Shown: positions 21,016 to 30,999, numbered from the stretch's first letter. The stretch is DNA of 64,000 nucleotides from Candidatus Dormiibacterota bacterium (GCA_963808125.1 CAWEEP010000011.1:11246-75245), one strand, 5' to 3'. Notes: generated by a model not told the origin, from the letters alone. Translations and numbers: made by a program.

Positions 21016-21606
21016 GTGGTCTCCCAGGTATCGCGAGCCAAGCGGTACCGCTGGACCTCTGGTCGGGTCGTACATCTCCGGACCTCGAACCTCAAGGGCC
21101 GATGATCGAGGGGGAAGCCTTGTCGGGCGTGCCGTCTATTCGTCGGGCGGGATGTCGCCGAGGTAGCTTCTCGGCCAGAATGCCACCCCAAAACAAGGCC
21201 ATCCCCAAGAGGGTCACCTGACGGGCGACAAGGTTGTGGATCGTGCCAATAAGCCCGTTTCGGGCAATCGCTTTGGCAGTCGGCGTTGACGTGCGACCGG
21301 CCTGATCAAGGGCGTATCGAACCGTCCCAGGAAACATCCGGCGCTCGATCCGTGAGATTGCGGCAGGCGCCTGGCGCTCAACATCCATACCGGCGCGGGT
21401 CGCGTTGGAGTTGCTGGGGTCGTCCATCTGGCCCCAGCATAGATGGCACCCTCATCGACCTCTCTTGGTGCGGCTCTCTTGTCTCAGTAACTGAGCGACA
21501 CTGGCATGCGCGGGCGTGCGCCCTTTTTGGGGGGGCCTCCCACCACCCCTGGGCACTTGTCCAGGCGGGGTCGAGACACGCAACCGGCAGGTGGCGCGAG
21601 CGTCCA

Positions 21607-21635
21607 TTGCCCCTTGACGCGGGGGGCGGTAGGTT
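21607..21635 (+). promoter_or_regulatory. Sigma70-type leaderless promoter TTGCCC-N17-TAGGTT
   Basis: The -10 element ends 6 nt before GTG(21642); 17-bp spacer. Confidence 0.5.
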
Positions 21636-21641
21636 CCAGAC

Positions 21642-22808
21642 GTGAGAATCGCTATGGTCAGCCCCGGACCGCCTCCGGCCGGTGGCGGGATCGGCGCGTA
21701 CACGGAGAAGACGTCCCGTACGCTGGCGGCGCTGGGGCACGAGGTTCACGTCCTCATCCCCGGCACCAGCCAGTTGACCACCGAGATCGTCGACGGTGTC
21801 CGCATGCACCGGGTTCCCACGGGGCGCATCCGTCCGCGTGCCCTGGCCCGCTCGCTGGCGGTGAGCCGGGCGCTCCGCAGCCTCGGCCACCTCGACATCG
21901 TCCAGGCGTGCGAATGGGAAGGGGAGGCTTGGTGGTACTCGCTCCGTCCCGGCGCATCGCTGGTGACCCGCTTGGCGACGCCGCACTTCGTCGTCGAGGA
22001 CCACGAGCAGTTGACCCGGCGACAGCGCTGGCACACCTTCGTCCGGCGGTGGCTGGAGCGTTCCCAGACGCGGCGGAGCGCGCAGGTGATCTCGCCATCG
22101 ACAACTTTCGCAGGCGAGGTCGCCAGGCGGTGGCGGCTCCGGCCGGAGTCGATCACCATCGTTCCCACCGGGATTCGCCATCCTCGCGCCGCCGCGGGCA
22201 GCCTTCCCGAGGATCTCCACGATATGGAGTACGTGCTCTACTTCGGCCGCCTGGAGCGGCGCAAGGGCGTGGACACGTGGATCGACGCCCTGCCCGAGGT
22301 GCTGGCGAGCCGACCCAGCTTGCACGCTGTCTTCGTCGGCGAGGACACGGGGCTGGGCGGACGCAGCTTCGTCGACATCGCCCGCGAACGCTGCGGGGAG
22401 TACTGGTCCCGCCTGCACTTCCTGCCGGAGCTGCCCCAGGCCCGCCTCTTCCCCATCGTCGCTGCCGCACGGATGGTGGTGATGCCGTCGAGATCTGAGA
22501 GCCTTGCCAACGCCTGCCTGGAGGCGATGGCCCTGGGCCGGCCCGTCGTGGCCACAAAGGGGACGGGGCTTGCCGAATTGATCACCGACGGGATCGACGG
22601 TTTCCTCGTCCGACCGGGAGACGTGGCGGCGCTGGCGAGCACCGTCCGCACGGCAGTGTCCGACGACGCCCTGCTGTCACGCGTTCGCCACTCGGCGCGG
22701 CGGCGGGCCGGCGACTTCGACCTTGACAGAATGGTGGACAAGCTTGTGCAGGTCTACGAGGACGTCCTCGACCGCCGGACTCTCACGCCGTCCGTCACGT
22801 CCACATGA
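21642..22808 (+). CDS. GT4 glycosyltransferase
   Basis: 'GGIGAYT', 'YFGRLERRKG' and 'MPSRSESLANACLEAMALGRPVV'. Confidence 0.88.
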   Translation: MRIAMVSPGPPPAGGGIGAYTEKTSRTLAALGHEVHVLIPGTSQLTTEIVDGVRMHRVPTGRIRPRALARSLAVSRALRSLGHLDIVQACEWEGEAWWYSLRPGASLVTRLATPHFVVEDHEQLTRRQRWHTFVRRWLERSQTRRSAQVISPSTTFAGEVARRWRLRPESITIVPTGIRHPRAAAGSLPEDLHDMEYVLYFGRLERRKGVDTWIDALPEVLASRPSLHAVFVGEDTGLGGRSFVDIARERCGEYWSRLHFLPELPQARLFPIVAAARMVVMPSRSESLANACLEAMALGRPVVATKGTGLAELITDGIDGFLVRPGDVAALASTVRTAVSDDALLSRVRHSARRRAGDFDLDRMVDKLVQVYEDVLDRRTLTPSVTST

Positions 22809-23803
22809 GGATCACCGTCTGCATCCCCACGGTCCGCCCCGAAGCCCTGGGCAGGACGATACGCTCGGTGCAGCGGCAGACCTGGCATGACTGGGAGTTG
22901 CAGATCGTGGGGCAGGGGGACGCGAAAACCGAGACCGCGCTGCGCGACGCGGTGGCGGCCGTCGCCGCCACCGACAGCCGGGTCGCCTACGTCCACCTCG
23001 CCGAGCGCGGCTGCAGCCGGGCACGCAACGCCGGGACCCGCCTGGCCACTGGCGAGGTCATCGCCTTCCTCGACGACGACTGCGAGGCCGATCCCGCGTG
23101 GTTGGAAACGATCGCGGGAGCCTTCGCCGCCGACCCGGAGCTCGGCGCGGTGGGCGGAGCCGTCGTCGGCCCGGACCACCTCGGACCGCTCACCGCCTGC
23201 CCGAGCGTGATGCCCGTCGAGGCCCTGTACGACCCGGCGGCGACGCCCCGGTGTCCGCCGCCAGGCTGGGATTGGATCGGCGCCAACTGCGCCTTCTCCG
23301 CCGCCGCCGCCGCCCGTGTCGGGCCCTGGGACGAGATCCTGGGCCCGGGGGCCGAGTTCCCCGTCGGCGAGGACACCGACTACAAGCTCCGTCTCGAGTC
23401 CCTCGGCATCCGGATGCTGACGACACCGCGGGCGCGGATCCTGCATTCGTCCGGCGTGCGCAGCGGGCGAGCGGCGCTGCGCAGCCAGCGCAACTACGCC
23501 CTCGGCAACGGTGCCCTGGCTGGCAAGCAGAGCCTCGACGGGGATCCGCGGGGGCGCCTCTGGCTCCGCGAGACGCGCCGCCGGTGCCTCACGGCCTGGG
23601 CGCGCCGCCTGCGCCCCGACCGGCTGGCGGTGGATCTGCGGCATCTCCTCTGGTTCGAGATCGGCTACCGGCGCTGCCTGCGCCACTTCGTGGTCGATGC
23701 GAGCGGCCTCCTTCGGCGGCGCGACGGCGCGCCGGAAGCGCTCCGCTCCCCGCTTCATCAACCCCATGAGGCGGATCCCCGCCATGCCGCGGCCGGCTCC
23801 TGA
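22805..23803 (+). CDS. GT2 glycosyltransferase
   Basis: 'ITVCIPTVRP', 'GCSRARNAG', 'FLDDDCE', 'GEDTD'; ATGA overlap. Confidence 0.85.
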   Translation: MRITVCIPTVRPEALGRTIRSVQRQTWHDWELQIVGQGDAKTETALRDAVAAVAATDSRVAYVHLAERGCSRARNAGTRLATGEVIAFLDDDCEADPAWLETIAGAFAADPELGAVGGAVVGPDHLGPLTACPSVMPVEALYDPAATPRCPPPGWDWIGANCAFSAAAAARVGPWDEILGPGAEFPVGEDTDYKLRLESLGIRMLTTPRARILHSSGVRSGRAALRSQRNYALGNGALAGKQSLDGDPRGRLWLRETRRRCLTAWARRLRPDRLAVDLRHLLWFEIGYRRCLRHFVVDASGLLRRRDGAPEALRSPLHQPHEADPRHAAAGS

Positions 23804-23807
23804 GGCG

Positions 23808-24206
23808 GTGCCAGGACGGGGGGGCGCCCTCCGACAGGCGATCGCCTTCCGCTTGGCCACCAGACGCGGCGACTGCCCCATGGTCCTCCCGGTCGCTCGC
23901 GGCGCCGGCGCATTGCTCAGCCGCCGCGACTGCCGGCGGCTGGTGAGCCTCGTCGATCCCGCCGCGGTCGATCCCGGCCGCCGCGGCTCGCGCGGCTGGC
24001 TGGAGCGCCGGCAGGCCCGGCGATCCGCCCTCCTGCTCGTCCCCGACCGGGCCACGGCGATGCACCTCGCCGCACGCTGGCATGTCGACCTGGCCAGGGT
24101 GAACCTCGCTCCCGACCTCGCCCATCCTCCTGAGGAGCTGATCGACAGGGTGGGCAGCTGCGGCGGCAGGACGTCGCGGAGGGCGAAGCCCTGGTACGCA
24201 CAGTGA
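23808..24206 (+). CDS. Hypothetical 132-aa protein resembling a partial GT-B N-terminal subdomain
   Basis: GAGG RBS then GTG; the stop overlaps the next GTG. 'RRQARRSALLLVPDRATAMHLAARWHVD' resembles GT4 'arradaiiavS..t...l...y.vd'. Confidence 0.5.
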   Translation: MPGRGGALRQAIAFRLATRRGDCPMVLPVARGAGALLSRRDCRRLVSLVDPAAVDPGRRGSRGWLERRQARRSALLLVPDRATAMHLAARWHVDLARVNLAPDLAHPPEELIDRVGSCGGRTSRRAKPWYAQ

Positions 24207-26185
24207 CCGGCGCCGGAAAACGGCGCCTTCTCCTCTTCCTCGCCCCCGCGGACCATCCGCATCGTGATCTGGTCTGCGCCACCCTGGCGTGGGTCGCGGC
24301 GGCCGAGGGCAGCCTCTTCGAGTGCTACTACGACGCGCGCCCGAGCGGCACCCATTTCGGCGGCGGCCTGCCGCCGGACAGTGACCCCAACGAGATGCGG
24401 GGGGGCACGATCACCGGCGCCCACCACCTGGAGCAGCTCCTCCTGCTCCTCCAGCGTTTCGACTGCGAGGCTGCCTCGCTGGGACCGGCGGTGCTGGGCG
24501 ACGTCATCGACTCCGCCGGTGTCCAGTTCCGATCCCGCAGCCCGGATGTGGCGGTCTTCTACGACGAGGTCCTCGCCTCCAGCGCGGCGCACGGGCCAGG
24601 GACCCTTCTGCTGGTCGGGGAGGGGCGCACTCCGGGGACCCGCCTGAGCGCTTTCGCCTTCCCGGAGATCGTCAACCGGCGCCTCCTGGCTATCGGGGAC
24701 GGTGACCCCGAGGCCCTCGCCGGGCTGCGCCGCAACCTGGGGTTCGAGTCCCTCTGGCTCGCCGGTCCGCCCCCCTCTGGCGCAACCGACCTGCGACCCG
24801 AGCAGACGGCCAGCGCCGCCGAGGAGACGGCGTGGATGGCGGAGCGCTGGTCCGGTCGGGGCCGCGGGTTCATCCTCGGCGACGAGGAGCTCGTCGGCCG
24901 ATGGATCCCGACCGCGGCCCGCGAGGGCTGGATGCCGATCCACGGGACGCCGCAGACCGAGGTGATCGACCGCCTGGCGGAGCCGTTGCGCCGGACCGAC
25001 GTCGTCCTCGGCCGCCAGCATCACGACAACGACTTCCTGGCCCTGTCGCGGCTGGGGGTCGCCTTCCAGGTCGTCGACCCGGGCAGACCGCCTTTCCCGG
25101 TGCTCCGCGAGGAACCGCCCCCCTGGCCTGCCCCACCTCTGCCCGACGAGCCCGACGACGCCCAGCTTTCCCGGTGGGCCGCCGAGGGGAAGGTCCTCTC
25201 CACCCTGCTCTTCTGGACCGGCATGGCCCGGGAGCTGGAGAACCTCTATGCCCTCGCCGACGTCCTCAACCTCACGGGAATGGCGGCCGGGCTCATCCTG
25301 ACAACCGAGAGCTTCGCCCACATGCCGTACCCGCCGCTGACGCTCACGCAGCACCCGCTGAGCGCCGGGGGGCTCGCGCCCCGGGTCGAGCTGCTCCTCG
25401 GCTGTGCCGGAGCCGGCGTCCTGATCGAGTCGGAAACCCCGATCGACCGCTTCGCGTTGACCCTGAAGCGGTCGGTGGACGACCTGGCCGCGCGACTGGG
25501 GGGCCGTGACCGGGTGCCGCGCGGCTGGTGGCCGCTGATGGACGCCCCTCTCGTGCCCCGGCCCTCGCACCGGCTGGCCGGTCATCCGGAGCCACCATAC
25601 TTTCGCATCCGCTACCGGCCGCGGGAGCCGGAGCCGTCCGCCGCCGGCGAGGGCGGCGGACGTCCCAGCCGATCGCCCCGAGCCGTGATCGGCCGGTCCC
25701 CTCTGCGCAAGCTCTTCGAAGCCGACCGCCCCTTCACCGACTTCAGGCCGGGCCCCCCGGGCCGAGCCGCCCTCGAGGCGGTGCGGGACGCCGGGTTCGA
25801 GTACGCCTTCACGGCGTCAGCCTTCGGCGGGCCCCCCCGCGCCGTGGTGGACGTCCGGGGGATGGTGGCCCTCACCTACACCGCCGGCCGCTGGGATGGG
25901 TGGTCCCCTTTCATCACCGTCAACGACGTCTCCGACCTGGAGCGGGCGGAGCGCAGGCTGGTGCGCGCGGGCCGCCCCGGCTGGCTCGCCGGCACCATCG
26001 ACACCTGCCTCTGGGCGTTCACGGGGCCGGTCTGGGAACGTGGCCGCGACCTCTTCGCCATGTGTCGCTGGATGGCCGGCGGCGGCTCGACCGGGCGCCT
26101 TGTGAACGTTACCCCTCACACGGCGGCGCGGTACGCACGGTTGCTCGCGGATCGCGGCATGGTGGACGGCCTGCCCTCGGCGTGA
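24203..26185 (+). CDS. 660-aa hypothetical protein, weakly GxGYxYP/polysaccharide-deacetylase-like
   Basis: Long ORF with good codon bias, coupled within the GT operon. 'VVLGRQHHDNDFLALSRLGVAFQVVDP' and 'AVRDAGFEYAFT' suggest carbohydrate-active (beta/alpha) folds. Confidence 0.6.
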   Translation: MTGAGKRRLLLFLAPADHPHRDLVCATLAWVAAAEGSLFECYYDARPSGTHFGGGLPPDSDPNEMRGGTITGAHHLEQLLLLLQRFDCEAASLGPAVLGDVIDSAGVQFRSRSPDVAVFYDEVLASSAAHGPGTLLLVGEGRTPGTRLSAFAFPEIVNRRLLAIGDGDPEALAGLRRNLGFESLWLAGPPPSGATDLRPEQTASAAEETAWMAERWSGRGRGFILGDEELVGRWIPTAAREGWMPIHGTPQTEVIDRLAEPLRRTDVVLGRQHHDNDFLALSRLGVAFQVVDPGRPPFPVLREEPPPWPAPPLPDEPDDAQLSRWAAEGKVLSTLLFWTGMARELENLYALADVLNLTGMAAGLILTTESFAHMPYPPLTLTQHPLSAGGLAPRVELLLGCAGAGVLIESETPIDRFALTLKRSVDDLAARLGGRDRVPRGWWPLMDAPLVPRPSHRLAGHPEPPYFRIRYRPREPEPSAAGEGGGRPSRSPRAVIGRSPLRKLFEADRPFTDFRPGPPGRAALEAVRDAGFEYAFTASAFGGPPRAVVDVRGMVALTYTAGRWDGWSPFITVNDVSDLERAERRLVRAGRPGWLAGTIDTCLWAFTGPVWERGRDLFAMCRWMAGGGSTGRLVNVTPHTAARYARLLADRGMVDGLPSA

Positions 26186-26302
26186 CCGACCCACCTCGCC
26201 GGGGCCACCGGAGAGCGCCCGTGGGATGGCGAATGGGATGTCCCAGAAAGGGGCGCGGTCGCCCATTGGCAGCGGGACGGCGTGAGAGGGAGACTCTTCC
26301 CC

Positions 26303-27462
26303 ATGGCCGTCACGGCTGGATCAAGGGGCCCGGCGGCGGAGACGTTCCAACCACCCCCAACGGAGCATCGTCCGCCCCACCGGCGCATCCTGGTCGTCGT
26401 GTACGGCCACCTTTCCGACAGCATGGCCGCGACGCCGGCCCTCCGCAGCCTCCGCGCTGCGCTGCCCGATGCGCGGATCGAGATCCTGGCTCTGCGCTGC
26501 GCGCGTCCGGTTCTCGGCCGCTCCCCCCACGTCGATGCGGTGATGGAGTGGGACGACTTCCACCGCAAGGGGGCGTCGATGGCCCGGGTGGAGAAGGCGG
26601 CGGTGATCGCCACCCTGGGGGCGAAGTTGCGCCATCGCCGGTACGACGCCACGCTGGTGCTGCACAACGGTACCGGGGCCATGCGCAGCTCGCCCGAGCA
26701 GTCGGCTCGCCGGTTCAGGCGGGCATCTCGTTCGGGGGTGACGGGTTCAGCCACCCGGTCAGCCCCGCGGCCGACGCGGAGTCGGCCCGGGAGGCGAACG
26801 CCCGGGTGCTCAGGGCTTTCGGGGTCGAGGAGGACGGGGGTCCGGTGGAGCTGGTCACGCTGCCCGAGGAGCGGGCCGCCGCGCGCCGGTTGGTCGGATC
26901 CGGCGACGGCCCCCTCGTCGGCATCCACGCCGGCGCCGACTGGTCCTGCCAGCAATGGCTTCCGGAGCGGTTCGCCGCGGTCGCCTCCACACTGCAGCGG
27001 GAGGCGGGCGCCCGCGTCGTCCTGACCGGCTCGGGGAGCGAGACAGGTCTGCAGGAGGAGATGGCTCGAGGCATGGCCCAGCCTCCCGTCCTCGCCGCCG
27101 GCCGGACCTCGTTCGGTGAGCTGGTCGAGGTGATCCGGGGTCTCGACCTGCTTGTCTGCGTCAGCAGCGCCGCCTCCTCCATCGCGGACGTGACAGGGAC
27201 GCCGAGCATCGTCCTGCTCGGTCCAGAGGACGGCCGCTTCACCGGGATGGCGCCGACCGAGCACCGCCGGGTGCTCCAGCCCGGCGGTCTGCGCCTGGCG
27301 GGTAGCTGGTGCGAACTGGGCCGCTGGGGGGTCCTCTCCGGCTGCAACTCGCCCGTCTGCCGCGGTGTCGGCGGTCTGGCCGAACTGGATCCTGCCGCCG
27401 TCAGCGCCGCCGCCCTGGAGATGCTCGGCACTGCCCCGATGCGGCGCGCCCGGGCCTCCTGA
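26303..27462 (+). CDS. GT9 (heptosyltransferase-like) glycosyltransferase, frameshift ~26687
   Basis: 'GHLSDSMAATPALRSLRAALPDARI', 'GIHAGADWSCQQWLPERF', 'AGRTSFGELVEVI...LLVCVSS'. Confidence 0.8.
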
Positions 27463-27534
27463 GCTCGGCGCCTGCGGCACGCCCACCCCAGCAGCGCCGC
27501 CTCCAGTCCACACCGCGCTGCCCTGGGGGGAGGT

Positions 27535-28160
27535 TCAGAGCGAGGGGACGGTCTGGAGGACGAGATTGGCCATCCGCCGGTGACCGGTGTCGTTCGGGTG
27601 CATCGTGTCGGCCACGCCGAAGGGCGTGCGGCGCCCCGCCGGGCCCCGCGCGGTCGCGTCCTCGTACACGGCGGAGAGGGCCACGAAGCTCCCGCCCCGT
27701 CGCAGACAGGAGCCGGAAATCACGGCGTCGTACTCGGCCACGACGCCCCCGGCCTGGCTGCGGCCCTGCGCCGGTCCCCAGACGCCCAGGCTGACGAGGG
27801 CGGCCCCCGGGCCCATGACGCGGTCCAGAAGCCGCCCGTATGCCTCGCCGAACCGCTCTGTGGGGGTGGGCCGCCAGACGCCACCAGGCCGGTAGCCAAG
27901 CCAGTCGTTGGTCCCCAGCTCGACCACGACCAGCCGCCGCCCCAAGGAGAGAGGGACCTCGAGGAGGTCGTCGAGGCGGCCACCCGAGATGGCATGGACC
28001 GAGACGGTGAAATGGCCGGCGGAGAGCGCGCGTGTCAACCGGGCGGCGTAGGTGCGATCGAGCTGGGAGGCGTGCTCGCCGACGGTGAGGCTGTCGCCCA
28101 CCAGCACGACGTCGGCGGCGCCCGGCTCGGCGACCGCCCGCCGGCGTCCGGGCGTCCTCA
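27535..28160 (-). CDS. SGNH/GDSL hydrolase (carbohydrate esterase-like), start approximate
   Basis: Block I 'VGDSLT', block III 'ELGTND', block V 'DTMHPNDTGH'. Confidence 0.8.
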
Positions 28161-29690
28161 GTAGGCCCCCCGGCCCGAAACCACGGCGCGGACCGTCTTC
28201 CACAGCACCGCGGCGTCGAGGAGAACCGACCAGTTCTCCACGTACTCGAGATCGAGGCGCACCGTCTCGTCCCAGGAGAGGTCGGAGCGACCGCTCACCT
28301 GCCACAGTCCGGTGATCCCGGGCCTGACGAGGAGACGCCGCCGGCGCAGGTCGCCGGGGTAGCGATCGACCTCGCTGGCCAGCGGCGGTCGCGGTCCGAT
28401 CATGGACATCGTGCCGTTGAGGACGTTCCAGAGCTGCGGCAGCTCGTCCAGCGAGTAGCGGCGGAGGAAGCGGCCCACCGGGGTGACGCGCGGATCGCGA
28501 CGGATCTTGAAGAGCACGCCGTCGTGCTCGTTGAGCTCGGCGATGGTCGCCAGGTCGCGGTCGGCTCCCTCACACATGGTGCGGAACTTGAGGAGGGTGA
28601 ACTCCTTGCCGTTCAGCCCGACGCGAGACTGGCGGAACAGTGCCGGGCCGGGGCTCCCGAGGCGGACGGCGAGCGCGATGACGGCGAGCAGCGGGCTGAG
28701 GACGATGCAGAGCACGCCGGCGACGAGCCGGTCGAGGGTTGCCTTGACGAACCAGGCTCCTCCGTGGAATCCCGCCTCCCGGACGTCGAGCAGCGGAAGC
28801 CCGCCGATGGGACGGATGACCAGCCTCGGGCCGGCCAGCTCGGTCACCCCGGGGGCGATGAGGAGGCGGATGCCGGTGCCCTCAAGGTCCCAGGAGAGGC
28901 GGCGCAGCTCGGCTCCGGTGAGAACGCTGGAGCCGGTGACGACGACAGTGTCGGCGGACGACTTGCGCGCCAACTCGAGGATCTCGGCGACCAGGCTCGG
29001 GTGCGCCGGCGGGGACGCACCCATCGCACCGTCGGTGGTCTCGGCGACGCAGGCTCCGACAACTCGCAGGCCGGCATGGGGGAGGCGGCCGATGTGGGCG
29101 ACCAGCCCCCGGATCTCGTCGGCGGAGCCAATCACCACCGCACGGTGGATCGAACCGCCGACGCGGAGGCGGCGGCGGAGCATCACCCGGCCGGTGAGGT
29201 GCGCGGTCAGGCTCAGGGCGACCATGGATGACACCCCCACCCCGGCCACCTCTCGCGAGACATCGCTGTGCGTGAGGTACGAGATGAAGACGAGCATGGC
29301 CAGCATCCAAAGCCCAGCGTTGGCGATCCGGCCGAACTCGGCGGCGCCGCTGCCCATGCGGTGATCCTCATAGGTGCCCATGAGGGTCAGCATTGCCGGC
29401 CAGGCCAGTGGGGCGGCGACGACCAGGACCACGTAGAGGAGGCTGGGCCCCAGAGGCTGGGTGACGCCGTAACGGCCCACAACGGCCACCAAGGCGGCGG
29501 CCATCCCGGCGACGGCGTCGGCGGCGAGAAGCGCAAGGTGCCAGGCCGCGGTCGAGATCTGCTTGCCATCGCTCGCGGAGTTCGAGATCGACGACACCAC
29601 GCTGAGCCGCAGTGGACGGGGTCGGAGCGGGATCGCGACTCCGGTCAGGGTCACCTCGTCGTTGATCACATCCCCCATCGTGATGGCCAC
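28158..29690 (-). CDS. Priming undecaprenyl-phosphate glycosylphosphotransferase (WcaJ/CpsE-like sugar transferase)
   Basis: N-terminal TMs, CoA-binding-like middle domain, and Bac_transf domain 'KFRTM...RDPRVTPVGRFLRRYSLDELPQLWNVL.GTMSMIGPRP...RPGITGLWQVSGRS'. Confidence 0.92.
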   Translation of the reverse strand: MAITMGDVINDEVTLTGVAIPLRPRPLRLSVVSSISNSASDGKQISTAAWHLALLAADAVAGMAAALVAVVGRYGVTQPLGPSLLYVVLVVAAPLAWPAMLTLMGTYEDHRMGSGAAEFGRIANAGLWMLAMLVFISYLTHSDVSREVAGVGVSSMVALSLTAHLTGRVMLRRRLRVGGSIHRAVVIGSADEIRGLVAHIGRLPHAGLRVVGACVAETTDGAMGASPPAHPSLVAEILELARKSSADTVVVTGSSVLTGAELRRLSWDLEGTGIRLLIAPGVTELAGPRLVIRPIGGLPLLDVREAGFHGGAWFVKATLDRLVAGVLCIVLSPLLAVIALAVRLGSPGPALFRQSRVGLNGKEFTLLKFRTMCEGADRDLATIAELNEHDGVLFKIRRDPRVTPVGRFLRRYSLDELPQLWNVLNGTMSMIGPRPPLASEVDRYPGDLRRRRLLVRPGITGLWQVSGRSDLSWDETVRLDLEYVENWSVLLDAAVLWKTVRAVVSGRGAY

Positions 29691-29775
29691 CGTTTCGTGA
29701 CGCGATGGGAACTTGCCGCGGCGGTCTGGGCGATTGTCCCCACCGACCCGGGCGCGGCCCACCGTCCGGGCTGCG

Positions 29776-30999
29776 TCAGGCGGCGTCGCGGCCCCGAGCC
29801 ACCCCGCCACCGCGATGCAGGAGGCGGAGCGGTGCCAGCAGCAGCGCCTCGGCGCTTCCTGGCTCCGGCGCGCCCGAGGACCGCAGGGTGCGCCGCTCGA
29901 CGGTGACGAAGAGGAGCCAGGCCACGGCGAGGATGGCGGGGACGAGCAGGACGATCTCGGCGAAGACGAGGCGAGGCGAGGCGCCGGTTCTGCGCAACAC
30001 CGACGCCAGGATCACGACGATCGGCTGGTGCACCAGGTAGATGCTGTACGACATGACCCCCAGGGCGACGAGCGGGCGCCAGGAGAAGATGCGACCGATG
30101 AGGTTGCCGCGCGCCAGCACGATGCAGAGGAGGAGGAAGAAGACGGCTCCGAAGAGGATGTGCTCCAGCGAGCTGCCGACGGAAAGGACCGCCAGGGGAA
30201 CCAACAGCAGGAGGCCCCATCCCAGCCGTGAGACGCGGTGGATCTGACCGCTGGCGTAGAGGCGGGCGGCGACCATGCCGAAGGCGAACTCCGCCCAGCG
30301 TCCGGGCAGAAGGTTGGGCAACACGGCGGTGGCCATCAGGGAGTTCGCGGCGACGGCGTGGCCGTCGAGGGCGATCTGCAGACAAAGGCGGTAGGCGACG
30401 TTGACGGCCACCACGGCGACCACGACGCGGGTCAGGCCGAAGCGGCGGACGCCGAAGACGAGCAGGGGAAGTCCGAGGTACAGCTGCCATTCAAGGGCCA
30501 GCGACCAGTACGCGCCGTTGAGGGCGTAGAAGGTGCTCGGGAAGAGCGAGTGGAGCATGGTCAGGTGGGTGACCGCCTGCACAACGAGTTCGGGCCCGCT
30601 GTAGCGCGCCAGCCCGAGATGGCCGGCGGCGAGGGCGGTGACGGCCAGCACCGCGGCGAGGGACACGTAGTAGGCGGGCAGAAGCCTTGTGGCCCGGCGC
30701 CGGAAGAACCGGCCGGCGCGGAGACGGCCGCCGCCTCGAACCACGGGAAGGTAAAGGCAGAAGCCGCTCAGGACGAGGAAGAGGCTGACACCGGTGGATC
30801 CGCTGTGGACGATCAGATCGAGGGGTCCCAGGCGCGCACCGCTGAACGCCCGGATGTGGAAGGCGACCACCCAGAGCGCGGCGAGAGCCCGAAGTCCGTC
30901 CACGCCGCTGAGCCGCGCCAGTTTCGGAGTGGGAGTCGCGACCTCTTCCACCCCTGGGCCCGGATCGACGACGTCGACCGGTTGCTCCGCGACGCTCAC
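29776..30999 (-). CDS. Acyltransferase family 3 (OafA-like) O-acyltransferase
   Basis: 'LSGVDGLRALAALWVVAFH', 'GVSLFLVLSGF', 'WSLALEWQLY', 'GVMSYSIYLVHQP'; GTGA-coupled. Confidence 0.9.
   Translation of the reverse strand: MSVAEQPVDVVDPGPGVEEVATPTPKLARLSGVDGLRALAALWVVAFHIRAFSGARLGPLDLIVHSGSTGVSLFLVLSGFCLYLPVVRGGGRLRAGRFFRRRATRLLPAYYVSLAAVLAVTALAAGHLGLARYSGPELVVQAVTHLTMLHSLFPSTFYALNGAYWSLALEWQLYLGLPLLVFGVRRFGLTRVVVAVVAVNVAYRLCLQIALDGHAVAANSLMATAVLPNLLPGRWAEFAFGMVAARLYASGQIHRVSRLGWGLLLLVPLAVLSVGSSLEHILFGAVFFLLLCIVLARGNLIGRIFSWRPLVALGVMSYSIYLVHQPIVVILASVLRRTGASPRLVFAEIVLLVPAILAVAWLLFVTVERRTLRSSGAPEPGSAEALLLAPLRLLHRGGGVARGRDAA

Noticed and set aside
21092-21427. 111-aa minus-strand ORF in the AT-richer insert
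   Set aside because: Atypical codon usage, no RBS, no recognisable motif; not supported as a gene.
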